Of a DNA stretch of 64,000 nucleotides, positions 1-14,179 are shown in pieces. The position numbers and the translations under genes are program-made. Below the pieces are notes generated by a model that worked only from the letters and a program-made list of their open reading frames with translations, made no database searches and was not told the DNA's origin. Positions within the stretch are counted from its first letter, which is position 1, and each line of letters begins with the position of its first letter. Origin of the DNA: Octopus sinensis (lineage: Eukaryota); the NCBI RefSeq assembly GCF_006345805.1, contig NC_043005.1, forward strand, positions 66,836,001-66,900,000, read 5' to 3'.

Positions 1-897
1 GTATGTATCCATCTACGCATGTGTAGTAACCAAAATAGTATTTCAATGAATATATTAATTAGCATATATTCTGGAGAGAGAAGTCTTTGATCTGAACACT
101 ATTTAGTGATAAGAGAAAATATTCAAATATCTGACGTCAAACACTTGCTTGTGATACCTCTAAAGACTGTCAGATTAAATTGTTCTGATGAAAAAAAGTG
201 ATAGCGTTCTCGGAATATACAATTCCCTTATGATACATCACTTAAATTAACTGATCAGCGATACATCTCCAGAATTGCATCAGAAAACATTCAAAATGCT
301 TATAAATTACAATCAAACTTTCATGAATAACTTAAAGCAAGAAATAGGAACGACTCATCGACAAATTTCGATGCATTTAAGGTAATATGGCATTGTATAT
401 TAAAGCGGCCTGAAATTATTATAGTAATGGAGATTGGCTGCATTGTTTCAAAATGTGGAAATGTTAGAAACATTACGGTACTGGTATTTAGTCCCGACTT
501 CTGAAGTTCCTAGCTCACATTTTGCCGTGATCAGTTTTATTTTTTACTCTACTGGAGTATTTGCTACTGATTCAGTCATGCGTTTCTTCCGCTTCCTAAA
601 ATTCCGATCTCCTACGTATGTTTTAAACTAATATTTATCAATGATATAAGCAATAGTGTCGAACTGAATGAAGCCTAGTATTACTCGTTTCAAAACTAAA
701 GTCTGCTCTGACTTTATTGCCTTTGAAAGGAGGGTAGAGAATGTGTCTGACACTTTACACGGCTCTTGAGAAAGGGAGTAATTCATCCTCATAAACGAAA
801 TCCCTGTCCCAATGCTTCCGGTGAATGCGGCGGAGCTAAATTCTTACCAAACGCAAAGTATACATGACCAAACCGTATTTTGTTCAATATTATTTAC

Positions 898-931
898 CTG
901 GGTGTAGAATAACCATTGTATTGAAGTCTTC
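898..931 (-). CDS. Candidate 34-nt internal micro-exon of an unidentified minus-strand gene
   Basis: Minus strand: tttctgtttcttttaag|GAAGACTTCAATACAATGGTTATTCTACACCCAG|gtaaat. Strong acceptor and donor; open as EDFNTMVILHP or GRLQYNGYSTP. No homology recognised. Confidence 0.3.
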
Positions 932-1578
932 CTTAAAAGAAACAGAAATTCGGAGGAAATTTTAAAGATATTTATAAAAAGGTTAAGTGAGTACAGAGAG
1001 GGATTCTTGTGGTGATGGATCCATTTTATTCCAATTGTTTGTTCACAACTGTGGTTGATTGTGAAATGAATGTGATGGTCGTTACTTCATTCTTAGGTTC
1101 ATTAATTCATATATCTAAATATTTTATCGTTTCAACGGTTCAATAAACAATCTATTAAGAAAATAAAATTTAAATCAATTTTTATAATTGAAGCCGAAGA
1201 AAGGTAAAAAAAAAATGAATGATTCAAATAACGTACAGTGCTTCATAGTGATTTTTGAAATTGTGAATTGCGAATATAATGATGCTCAAACAGTTAACAA
1301 AACACTAATTATTAATATTTAATGAAGCGGTTTCGCAGCGTGCGTTGTATCATAGCTTGAAGTACCTAGCAATAAATGTTTCTCATATTTGCACGGAATG
1401 GTAACAAAAGATACTAGGCAAGATCTCTTCTCTAATACAGAAACAGTGTCTATTAGATGCATAACATACACGTACAAGTAGGTTTATGACATAAACCGAT
1501 CTGCACTTGCATAAACTAACTTGGTACGTGTTTTACTACGAATATATTACTTTGCGAAGTAATGGTACTTTATATAAT

Positions 1579-1972
1579 CCTTTCTAATATAGGCACAAAG
1601 CCTGAAATTTTTGGACAGGTGGTCAGTCGATTACATCGACCCCAGTAAACATCTGGTACTTAATTTATCAACCCCGAAAGGAAGAAAGGCAAAGTCGACC
1701 ACGGCGGAATTTGAACTCAGAAGACAGATGAAACACCTATTTCTTTACTACCCACAAGGGGCTAAACACAGAGGATATAAACAAGGACAGACAAAGGGAT
1801 TAAGTTTATTACATCGATCCCAGTGCGTAACTGGTACTTTATTTATCGACTCCGAAAGGATGAAAGGCAAGATCGACCTCGATCTTTGAGTTTGAACTCA
1901 GAACGTAGCAGCAGACGAAATACGCTAAGCATTTCACCTGGCGTGCTAACGTTTCTGCCAGATCGCAGCCTT
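1579..1972 (-). mobile_element. tRNA-derived SINE family A (abundant octopus-type, Meta-domain-like core), dimeric copy
   Basis: Core gaaaggatgaaaggcaaagtcgacc...gaatttgaactcagaac present twice; 12-bp TSD actttatataat at 1567-1578 and 1977-1988; same family recurs at 9 loci. Confidence 0.9.
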
Positions 1973-2008
1973 TTGAACTTTATATAATGATACTTTATAT
2001 TGCTTTAG

Positions 2009-2014
<6 letters not shown>

Positions 2015-2088
<74 letters not shown>

Positions 2089-2200
2089 TGTGTATTTGTA
2101 TATGTCTCTGTGTACCAGTATACATATATGTGTAAATGTGTATATATATATGTGTGTGAGCGTGTCTGTTTGCGCGCGTGCCTGTGTGTGTGTGCATATA
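2015..2200. repeat. (TA)n-(GA)n-(TG)n compound microsatellite
   Basis: Direct inspection. Confidence 0.9.
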
Positions 2201-4549
2201 TATCTATATAAATGTATATACTTTATATGTATGTACCTAGGTATATAAGCTTCTCAAGCACATGGTCGTTGGTTCAATCCCACTGCGTAGCACGTTGGAT
2301 AATAGACTCGATTTCAAAACTTCTATTAAAGGAAAGTAATTATATCGTGGAAGAATACGCGAAATACAATATAATTCTAACGAAAATTGAATTTGCTGTG
2401 AAATTTATTTCCCAGAAGTGTACCTGTTTTCTTTGATAGTTCCAAAGAAATGCTATTAAAGCTTAATTTCTCTCTCCAGCTAAGACGAACATTTGAATTT
2501 ATTTAGAAAACATATGTGCATTCATAGTCTTCCTACATGAATGATATAAATTCAATCCATTGGCTTGTATATGTATATTTATACATATAAAGGCTCTTAC
2601 ATATACATATATGCATATAATCCTGCTATGTCCTTTCGGATATGCTTATTCATTTTGTGTGGTAAGAGAAACTGATTGTTCTATTTTCAAATATACTTGC
2701 GAATTCCGAGTCCACAATGTAAAAATATGTATGTGTGACAACCGATTGAAGTGAAATAACCAGTTAAGGATTTGAATCGTTCAGCCGCTACCAATACCCA
2801 TGAATCATTGTCAAAACAGAATAAAATATTTCGTGTCTCTCTTTCCTGTACTGCCATATGTCCGAGCTCGAGAATTTGCCGTTGGGTTTTCTCTGTCCTT
2901 GTCTAATAGTTGTCCTTCAGTTTCCTGTTGATCACTACGCTACCTCAATACACGCGCTGTCATGAAACTTGTAAATGTTTCTTTCTAGAGGCCTTCGTCG
3001 AAACATCTCAACACATCTCTATTATCGTCGGAAAACTGTCGCTACGTCCATCTATATAATTTTAATTATACTCTGTAGATCCACTGTTCTCATGAGTCTT
3101 CTTAGTATCATATTATAGCCCAAAATGCTGCCTCTAATTACCATGCCATACAATCAAAATACGAAATAGAGCTTCATGTCACACGAAATCTGAAACAAAC
3201 ACTCTCTAGATTTTTCCTGTAATCTAGTCCCGAATCAACTTCTATTCAGTTCGATTTCTAAAACTAACATCAATTTCTGGTTATGTTTTTAAAACTAAAT
3301 ATGAGATTGTTCTACGTGGAAATAAATTTCCCTTAATTGAAAACAAGTGGACATGTTAATCATCTTGATGGATGATTGTAAAGTATTAATCATGCTTTGC
3401 AATGTTCTTTGCATTTCTCTTCAAGCATTTATCTACTAGCTAGAATAAAGTAGCTTTGTTTTTTCAATTTTATTTGCATACAATTAATATTAGGTAAATA
3501 TACATTCAGCTATTTTAGTGAATCTATTTAGTGATGTGATAATAATTCTGATGTTTCTTATGAAAATAATCGTATTATTTTGGTTAAGAAAATCCCATTA
3601 ATTATTCTTATTGCCTTTCACTTTTACTTATAACTCTATGTGTAATGTAATATCATGAAATAAAACGTATTCTTAATAGTATAATGGACATTATGTATTC
3701 TGTAAAATGTAATACTTTTAAATATATCCTTAGTTCTCAACAAAGCCGACGAATCCTTGTTGTATACCTTGGAAATCAATAAATTATTTATCGACTCAGC
3801 TTTAAGCATAATAGGAATATAATTATCACATATGAAACAAAAGAGATAGTAACATATATTCTTTAATCTGCGTATATGTTATACAATTGTCATTTTACTC
3901 TGATATGAGAAATTTACGAGGCTTTCATGGATGCGCCTGCTAAATACTGCAACCGACGCTTTGACAATATGGTGTATAACTGACACACAAAAGGCCCTGT
4001 CTTTACAACGGAAACTAAATGACGAATAAAGACAAATAGCTTTTCTTCAGCGCAAGAAATGGTGAAATGAATATTGAATGAAAATACGGACGCCTGCACA
4101 TAACTCTACATTACTTTTGCTACAATTACATTATCATGAGAGCAGAAGAATGAGAGATGTTATAGTATGTGGTTTCTGGAAGTAGATTTCTTCCAGACAG
4201 AAATCTGATTTGCTTTTGCAAAAATCAATAATCTAAGAAAACAGATTTTTGCGCAAATCCTCCTCAGACTTCTGTGACAATGTCAATAAACAATACTATC
4301 ATTGAAGAAAGATAGAATTGCGCTGCTCTGTAAATCCACTTCGCGCTGATCACTAGGCCTACATAACTTTCTGATCTTTTATTATTTCAGATTTGATATG
4401 TATTAAAATAATCTCTGATATTCAGCATAAATTAAAATATGTATGTGGGACTGTTCTTTTTTTCCTGTTCAGACATATGAATCATACAATAACCAGACAT
4501 ACCAAGAAATTTTGCCCCATCCCACTTTTCTACACTTGAAGAAAATACA

Positions 4550-5115
4550 GCTAGAATCTTACCACAAGGGGCGTTACGTCCGGTTGTCTGTTCCCTCTTC
4601 ACGATCAAACGATATTTTTCGGGATTGCGAAGAAGATAATCGGGAAGGTTTTCAGCGAAGATGTCAAAATGTATGATTATTTAGTGGATATTGAGTTTTG
4701 TATTAATAAATCACTATTGATTTTTTTTTGTGAAAATTCCGGGCCGTGGATTGACTCTGGATTTCCTCCCCGTCTAGTTCATGAATTTAGAGGGTTTGGA
4801 TTTGCGATACTATTCCTTTATTTCCCATCATAGATGGGCAGATTTGCTATCTCACTATGATGGGCGTTATTTCCGACAATCCTGTCTTTGTCAGTTCTAT
4901 CTTCACGGCTAGACGGCTGGACCAATGGTAACGATATTTTTCGGGATTACAAAGACGGTGTCAGAAAGGGTGTTAGCATTAAAAAATTAGAAAGTATAAT
5001 TATTTCGTGGATATCAATTTTTGAATTAATAAACCACTTTCGTTTTTTATTATAAATTCACCGACCACAAGTTACTCTGCATTTTCATCGTACAGTTCGT
5101 GGCCCCATCATAAAT
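4550..5115 (-). mobile_element. Two diverged tandem copies (~320-bp period) of a possible non-autonomous Helitron/Helentron-like element
   Basis: aacgatatttttcgggatt...attaataaa occurs at ~4608 and ~4930. Minus strand reads ggtccagccgtctagccgtgaaga...acagac, resembling recalled non-autonomous Helitron 3' regions. cccatcatag/ctatgatggg short inverted repeats lie at the junction. Confidence 0.4.
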
Positions 5116-6262
5116 AAGAAGAGTGTCGCGAGGGCGGTTAATAGCGAAAATAAAATGGAAAAAGTGTGTGTCACTATATAACGTGTGTGATCATTTAATG
5201 ATTATTGAAATGTGTCAGACTCGAGCAGCATTTGAAGTGGCTAAACGCAGCGGCTGTTGTTTACATCTTAGTTTTGTCAATGCAAATAATCTATGGTACC
5301 AGAACAGCCAAACATTATTCGTATAGAATAGTGAGAAGTGTCTAGGTTTGGTTTTTTGCACCCCTAAATATTCCGCTAACACATTCACAGCAACTAAGGC
5401 ACAAGATCAGATTTTAGATCGTGTAGATGCATTTTTACCCACTCCGATGTTTATGCACAGTTATACGTTGCTATGAGTAGAACAACGGGCTCAAGTAACT
5501 TGGAAATTAGTGTTGACCAAACAGAAGATATCATCTACAAAGATGTTTTGTGATCATAGTGATACTATCGAAAGGAATATGATTCATAATTTAAATAAGG
5601 ATATTTGTGAGCTTTGAAAGTATAAACAAGCGTAAAATAATGTAAACAACTAAAATAAAAGTATATCTCAATAACATTTTTTCTTAATACTTTTTATGTA
5701 GTGGTCGAAGGGAGCTCTGGCTTTCGTTAGGAGTGTTTCACATAACCAATCATGAAACATAGGCTGAGAACCTATTTCACTTCGGACGTGACTCGTCATT
5801 ACATGCCAGTCCCAGTCATATGTCATATAGCTGCAAGAAAATGCTGTATCACCAACCATAATGCGATTTATCTAAGAGATCACCTAGTAATCTATCAAAG
5901 TCCATTTATACATTTCTCAATACATACTGCTGTTATGACTTCCCTCCCTCATTTCATGCCTCCATCGTAGATGCTTAGATCTTGCCAGTACTTATAAGTG
6001 TTACAAATACTATAGCTCTCTGTACTAAAGATTTCACCTAGTAAATGAAAACACTCGTTAAAGTAAAGACTACTTCAAAAAACGTTCTCTCACTTTAGTG
6101 TCAGGTAATATTTTGTTCTCCATTAAATCCGCAATAAAGGGCGTTTTAGCACATCTGGGACAACCTTTTTTTTTTGTTTGTATCTCATCCAGTGCAAATT
6201 CACCAATTAGATTGGCAAGACGTCAATGATTAATGCATCCATATTTCTGCCTGTGAGATATA

Positions 6263-6662
6263 TTCTTTTCTACTCTAGGCACAGAGCCCGAAAATTTTTG
6301 GGAGGCGATAAGTTGATTAGCTCGACCCCAGTACGCAACTGATACTTAATTTATCGACTCCGAATGGATGAAAGGCAAAGTCGACCTCGACGGAATTTGA
6401 ACTCAGAACGTAAAGACAGACGAAGTACCTATTTCTTTACTACCCACAAAAGGCTAAACACAGAAGGGACAAACAAGAACAGACAAACGGATTAAGTTGA
6501 TTATATCCAACCCAGTGTATAACTGCTACTTATTTAAGCGATCCCGAATGGATGAAAGGCAAAGTCGACCTGGGCGGAATTTGAACTCAGAATGTAAAAA
6601 GAGACGAAATACCGCTAAGCATTTCGCCTGGCGTGCTAACGTTTCTGCCAGCTCGCCACCTT
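6263..6662 (-). mobile_element. SINE family A, dimeric copy
   Basis: Two core copies; 12-bp TSD ctgtgagatata at 6251-6262 and 6665-6676. Confidence 0.9.
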
Positions 6663-8623
6663 GTCTGTGAGATATAATGCCTGTACTCTCTGGGCGTTCT
6701 GAGTTTTCTCTGTTTTTGACAAGCGAGTCTCGTGCCACATGGAGTCAAGTACACCCGGCTCTGTTGTTCCTTTTCATTTCGCTAACCTATATTATGTCAT
6801 CCCATCAAATCCCATTTCCGAATATCGATGTCCAAACTAACAAATTCATTGTTGTGACTGACCGAGTGCTTCCCACCAGTCTCTAGACACTCACGAGAGC
6901 CATGCGTAAAGGCATTTCATTTAGACAAATAGAAATGGTAGGAAAAAAAGATAATATAGTTACAGAACATAGTGGGTGAGAAAAATAGCGAATATAAGAA
7001 AGAAAGACATTTCACTATATATTATCAATAGAACTTGAAAAGGAAAGATGGCACGACGAGTGAGATTATAGTAGCTCGTCCCTCAGCGAGTAGACATTTT
7101 TTTTTTATTCGATTGGTAGCGACACTTAATAAGTTTTATATGTTTATCAATGTATACATGATAATTTCTATTACGAGAACTGATACCATACAAATCAATT
7201 TGATCAAGAGCATAATTAACTAAAGCAAATAATGCTTGAAAGAGGAAGAAATATTGAAGAGAATATATTTACAATATTTTGATGTTATTGCGAAATGTTG
7301 CAATAAGAATCAATATGGAAAATATCGTGTTATCGTAGTAAAATATCCATTTATACATACAAAGGTTCTAAGTAAATGTGGATTTGTTGGCAGGATGAAA
7401 AAAAAAAGCACAATCTACACTCACAAACCCAATCATAAAACGCTCGAATGAGAATTCATAAAAATAAACAGATATAGAGAAAATGTTGAAGAAGTGAAGG
7501 GATACAAATAGACAGCGATAAATATATAAAAGTCAGATATAGAAATCATTAATACTGAGAACTTATGGAAAACAACTGCGTTTTACATGCGATTTTATTA
7601 CAATATAAATTTGCATGAATATTTCATTCTGGATAGACATTCATATATTGGATGCACGAAGCAGGATTAAATGTCTGAGGTGCTTAGACAGATCGTCTCC
7701 CTCCTTTTCTACGATATTGATTAGACTTATTCTTTCAAATGGATAAACTACTCGTGCATAGATTCTACGGAAACTGTGACAAAAAATCAAATTAAATTCC
7801 TCATACGTCTTCGTCAACTATTCCTTCCATCTCTCTCTTTCTCTTTCCATCACTCTCTCCTCCCTCTCTCTTACAATATCATACACACAGCTATAAAGAA
7901 AAACAGATTTATAGACACAAACACGCATTTACATATATACATATACACATGTATACAGCTTACCGCCCACACTTTAACGTAACTTTTTTTCCATCATTCT
8001 TATTGAGTGTTTTGCCTTTTAGAGTGCAGCCGGCCATAGCAAACAACGCATTATAGAGATGTCCATAGAGATATTAGGAAAAAAGAGATACCTGATCGGA
8101 AGCTCTTTAAGTGAAGAAATGCCTTGCACAGTACAAATTCTACTCGTTCAACAACGCACGCATTTGCCCGCCCCTATAAGCAACTACTCTACATTATTAG
8201 TGGTTTCTAACTTCCAACTATTGTATGGCTGTTGCCACTACTTGAATTCATCCGACCTTTAACAGATTTTATATTTACTCCTGCACTGTAAATAATGAAA
8301 GCCCCCATCCCTTTACAAAATAGGTTTGTAGGCTTAGTCAGCGGCGACCTAGTCATGTATATTAATTACATAGGCATAAATACATCTATCTATTCAATCA
8401 ACAATATTTCTACACATGAAAGAACGTGTAAGCGGTTGCGTATGCCACGAGACTAGGCTCTTGGTAATCAGGTATATTAGCCATATGTTAGAGGGCAATA
8501 TCATAGTTTAGGTTTACATACATACTTCACACAAACACATGTACAAACGCCACACATACACACACACACATATTTGCATATTTCTTTCATATATAGTATA
8601 CAACTGTTTCCTCTGTAAAATGT

Positions 8624-8695
8624 AATGCGTTCATAGTTGAGTGCTTGAGTATCACCCAATGCGTTCATAGTTGAGTGCTTGCGTTTCACTCAATG
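8624..8695. repeat. Short tandem duplication (aatgcgttcatagttgagtgcttg x2)
   Basis: 24-bp exact repeat, ~34-bp period. Confidence 0.85.
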
Positions 8696-8865
8696 GCTTC
8701 AAACGGGATGTGCTATATATTTGAAAGAACGTTTACATTTATGTATACACAGAAAAAAAAAAACTTGTACATCCTGTCATCTGCTTGATGATGTCGATGG
8801 CCTATGTTTTTAAAATATATTGCTAGCTGGAGCGGAATCTGACCATCTCTCTAGCGACCAGGTGC

Positions 8866-8914
8866 TCGCGACTGAAGATGAGTAAACGTACTCGAAACTG
8901 TGTCAATCTCACAA
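8866..8914 (+). ncRNA. Type I hammerhead ribozyme motif (partly decayed), retrozyme/Penelope-like context
   Basis: tcgcga-CTGAAGA-t-GAGTA(aacg)TACTC-GAAA-ctg(tgt)caatC-tcacaa. Canonical core, perfect 5-bp stem II, stem III with one mismatch, stem I restored by two CA->CG reversions. Confidence 0.7.
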
Positions 8915-9174
8915 TCCTGTCGTCTGCTGGAAGATGGTAAGGGTTCATTCCACTGCTATCAATATATACATATACAGGGTGCAGGTCTGCACCGATAACC
9001 ACTTGGCAGAAGATTTGCCGGGGATTAAACTAGTAGTAACACAGAACAGTCACTTTGATGTGGCGTTAACTTTAATTGTTAGCATATATAGTAATCTCAT
9101 CTCTTCTTGAGATTTTACAACTAGCTACTCCACTTATATATTTATGGGTGTGTGCGCGCGTGTGTACACTCACA

Positions 9175-9310
<136 letters not shown>

Positions 9311-9313
9311 GTA

Positions 9314-10369
9314 TGAGGTCATCCCATAAGTTTTGTCCGGTTTTACCTTTTTTTAAAATTGAATGAAATTTAATAGTATTTTAGAATGTTTAAAGGAATT
9401 AACAATTATTTTTATGCATTTTTGTACATTTAAGCTAATTAAATGTTATTTTACAGAATAATATAATTAAAATTTCTTTGATTAAGACTCTTTCTAACAT
9501 GGAAGTATCCAAAAAGCATTTGAGGTACATAATACTTTATGAGTACAAAAAAGGAAACTCTGCAACCGAAGCGATTCGAAACATACACTGAGCTTATGGG
9601 AAAGAATGCTTGAATGAAAGAATTTGCAGATGGTTTGCAAAATTCAGAAATCGCGATTTCAGCCTTCAAGATGAAGATCGAACAGGATGCCCAGTTGAGT
9701 TTGCTGATAAGCTCCTTGATGCATTACTTGAAGAAGTTTCTTCAAGAAATGCCCCAAGTAAGGCGTAAACAGTGTCTTGGTAAAAGGGAAAAACACTCAA
9801 CCACAACCGAGAAGGGAACTTAATGGGAAAAAGGTTCTTCTCTCTATCTTGTGGGATTGCAGAGGAGTAATTCATTTGAATTGTTACCACCTAATGGATA
9901 CTTCAATGCTCAAGTCTAATGTCAGCAATTAGAATATTTGAACCAAGCATTGAAGACAGACGACCCGCTTTAGTGAATAAAAACAGAGTGATTTTCATTA
10001 GAACAACATGCGACCCTAAACTGCAAAGATCACATTACAGAAGATGGAAGAGCTTGGTCGGGAAAAAATTCCTCATCCAACTTATTCTCCCGACCTTGCT
10101 CCTTCAGGCTAACATTTGTTTCGTAGTTTACAAAATCATTTTGGGGACATAAATTTTGTAAGCCAGGAGGACGTCGAAACTGACATTTCAGAGTTCTTCG
10201 CTTTGAAACCAAAAGAGTTTTACATAGATCGGATTAAAAAGCTTGTAATTAGATGGAGGGAAGTCATAGATAATCAGCGAAAGTACATTGATGATTAAAT
10301 TTCAATTAAGTATAACATTTGATTGCTTGTTTTCTTTATTCAAAATTCGGACAGAACTTATGGGATGAC

Positions 10370-10373
<4 letters not shown>
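9314..10373 (+). mobile_element. Mariner (Tc1/mariner) transposon, internally deleted, transposase pseudogenised
   Basis: TIRs tgaggtcatcccataagttttgtccg / cggacagaacttatgggatgacctga with TA on both flanks; ATG 9499 MEVSKKHLRYIILYEYKKGNSATEA; YSPDLAP at ~10083; ends KYIDD* at 10298; stops and frameshifts. Confidence 0.93.
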
Positions 10374-10409
<36 letters not shown>

Positions 10410-11099
10410 CATACCAATATATGTGAGTGTATGTGTGTGTGTGCTTCTGTGTGTGCGACTCAGCCTGTTTGAGTGTGTACGTATATTTATATATGTATGA
10501 AAATCAATGTATGACGTGTACATGACATTAATTAATAGCAGTGTTCGTGTTATTTTACATAACGACATAACATCATATATGTAAGCCAAAATGAAATCAT
10601 ATAAGCTATTAGCCCCCAATCTCTTAGAAAGATCCAGGCCTTGTGCTTATTGTAGAAAGGATTATGTATAATTTATATTTTAGAATAAAACTTTATGTAA
10701 GAAAGGATGTGAAATGTTGTCTATGCTTATGCGAGTTTATTTATTCAGGCAAGTATACTATATATATATACTTCGACATTTCCTTAAAACAAGACGTAAA
10801 TGCATCTATTATGAGGACACAATATTTATTCGTTAAGCATTGTATACTTTCCATATTACCGTATCTTTTATGTCGGTAATGTAAATGGTAGAATTTTCAT
10901 TCTCCGACATTACGAACTATTATGCGGATTCGTGTTTACATAAAGAGCCCCAGTAGAAGTTATATTAACACATTAAGAATGTTAATGAACATAAGGAAAG
11001 CATTGTAGAGCAATTTCTATACAGAAACAATGCGTATATGTCTATCTTTCTGTCTGTCTCAATGTCTGTGTGCTTAGATAGATAGATAAATAGACAGAA

Positions 11100-11340
<241 letters not shown>

Positions 11341-11696
11341 GTTAGGGAGAGGGAGAGAGAAGGAGAGTGGGGGATGTAGATATACATTTTTACGAACTGG
11401 ATTACTGAAAAATACACAATGTCTTCGTTGAATTAACTTTATTCACATTGTCAACTCTGCCCACTTGATCAATGTAAAGTAATGTTGCACAACGGCTGAA
11501 TCTTACAACGGCACGCATCTCCACATTTTCTCTACTATCAAACTGGCTTGTTTTAATGTTGATAAAATCATGAGATGGGACTTCAGCATTGGTCAACAAG
11601 CTGAATCTTTTTTACAAATTCCTTTCAGTATTATTTGTTAGGCTTCACTTTAAATGCGTTAGTTTGTCGCCGTATAATTTCAACCTACACACACAA

Positions 11697-11749
<53 letters not shown>

Positions 11750-12276
11750 AGTATATGGATATGTGTTTGTTAATTTATGTACGACTGTTACGTTGCATTA
11801 AGTGTTCCGTGCGAAAAATTAAAACCCATGTGAAATGGATTACAAAGGGATTCGTATCATATTACATAACAACATAACATCATATATGTAAACCAAATAA
11901 GGTTCATATAACCGATCAGCCCAATTACTTATATATACATATATATATAACTCGCTCTGAGATTTATCATTGTTATATATATATATATATATATATACAT
12001 ACATTCATACGTATATAAATATATATATTTTGATTTGAAAAGCCCACTCGATTGGGAGAAAGCGCTAATCCGAATGATATGATCTGAATGATATGATATA
12101 TATGTAAAAAATGTAATATATAAATAAATATCTATAAATATGAACCATCCGATCTGATTACCTCATTTTTTCTAATATATAATACCTGTACATCATCTCC
12201 AAACCTTCCAATAAATATATATATATATACACACACACACACATATATCTATATATATATATATATATATATATAA

Positions 12277-12388
12277 TATCATCATTTAACGTCCGTTGTC
12301 CATGTTTGCATGGTTTGGATGGGTTGACCGGGCTGGCACGCTGCAACAGACTCCAGTCTGATTTGGCATGGTTTTCTACTGCTGCATG
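12277..12388 (-). mobile_element. 3' fragment of another octopus-type SINE/LINE tail ending in (GAT)n
   Basis: Minus strand ...tagaaaaccatgccaaatcagactgg...gacgttaaatgatga, abutting a family A fragment; family recognised from memory only. Confidence 0.55.
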
Positions 12389-12700
12389 CCTCGGCGGAAT
12401 TTGAACTCAGAACGGAAAGACAGCCGAAATACCGCTAAGCATTTTGACCGGCCTGCTAAAGTTTCATATTTCTTTATTGCCCACAAGGGGCTAAACTTAG
12501 AGGGGACGAACAAGGACAGACAAAGAGATTAAGTCGATTACATCGACCCCAGTGCGCAATTGGTACTTAATTTATCGACTCTGAAAGGATGAAATGCAAA
12601 GTCGACCTCGGCTGAATTTGAACTTAGAACGTAAATACAGATGAAATACCGCTAAGCATTTCGCCCGGCGTGCTAGCTAACGTCTCTGCCAGCTCGCCAC
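12389..12700 (-). mobile_element. SINE family A, full copy plus partial second unit
   Basis: Core and tail (cccacaaggggctaaac...gacagacaaa) match other copies. Confidence 0.9.
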
Positions 12701-13950
12701 ATTAGACGTGTTAATGTTTCTGCTATGTCGGTGCTTGAGATGACTACAATAATGTTGCCTGTCAATCTGCAGCGCCATCTGCGCATCTACTCTTGTAACA
12801 GCCATAAGAGGTTTTCTGTACACCTTCTTACTACTTTCCCATTTTCTTCTCATTCAACACCAAATTTATAACTGTCCCGGGAAAACATCAACAGTGATTA
12901 CTAATTCACTATCCACTTTAAAGAAGTAACATTTTACTAAAACAGGCATATGCATTCTAGCAATTATGCACTAAGTTTATGGTCTTGTATTACTATTCAA
13001 TCAGTTTTCGTTTCTATAACGAATACATTGATATGGAGTAGAACTGCATGTGCCATGTGTGAATTACATTGGAAATATAAGAAAATTATTATGAAACTTA
13101 TACATCGGCCGGTAAATATATTACCCAACGGCACTTATTCAGTATTATGGTGAACACTCTTTGTCAACAAGTGTAATAAATCCTGCGGACTTTCCTAAAC
13201 ACAATCTCTCTCTCTCTTTCTCTCTCTCTATTTCTCTCTTTCTTTCTCTCTATCTTTCTCTCTCTCTCTCGATTTGGATTATGTAGTTCAGTAATGGTTA
13301 ACAGTTTTTCACAGAAGAGTAAGTAATGTCCATATATGAACATCAAAACCCCAATAAAAACGTATTAATCAAGATATTTTACACGTCAATCGAATTAAAA
13401 CGATGCCGAACAAATTTTCCCCGGTCTTGGCCACAAATGCCATGCCTTAACCATACGCAAGTTCAATGACATATTATGTATAAAGGTTACATGTACTAAA
13501 GGATTTTCATTTTTTGATTACAGCAAAATCCATACAAGTCAGAAAATAAGCAGCAGCAGTTTATGTGCATCAGTGCCTTACATTTCATGTATAACACATA
13601 ATTACACAGTATTCATCGTGACTACTTTCACTAATAATTCCCCTATCTCTGTCTCTTTGAATGAAGCTATTTACATTCGTATCTATGTTAATGCATTCAG
13701 GGGTATTAAACATATAAATATAAACACTTCTAATTGATCCTATTCACAGTCATTTGACGTGGCTCACGGCGTTCTTACCAATATATAATCGTATACAAAG
13801 TAACGTTTATTGTTCTCATGAATGTAATGAGATGAAAGAACGTACGATTTTCTACATGAAATTTGATTGCAACGTTAAGAATAAGCGAAGCAGGATTGTA
13901 ATCGCTTGCTTTATGCCCATTTTCAGTTTTACACGTTAAATATGTACCTA

Positions 13951-14179
13951 TTTCTTTACTAGCCACAAGGGGCTAAACAGGGAGAGGACAAACAAGGACA
14001 GACAAACGGATTAAGTCGATTATATCGACCCCAGTGCGTAACTGGTACTTATTTAATTGACCCCGAAAGGATGAAAGGCAAAGTCGACCTCGGCGGAATT
14101 TGAACTCAGAACGTAACGGCAAACGAAATACGGCTACGCATTTTGCCCGGTGTGCTAACGTTTCTGCTAGCTCAACGCC
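13951..14179 (-). mobile_element. SINE family A, monomer
   Basis: Near-consensus; 14-bp TSD taaatatgtaccta at 13937-13950 and 14180-14193. Confidence 0.92.

Noticed and set aside
2985-3012. Hammerhead-like gaggccttcgtcgaaac
   Set aside because: No CUGANGA core and no stem I.
3140-3189. Minus-strand AG...GT bounded segment
   Set aside because: Stops in all three frames.
8972-9060. tacagggtg, a Tc1/mariner-like TIR start
   Set aside because: No partner TIR or transposase found.
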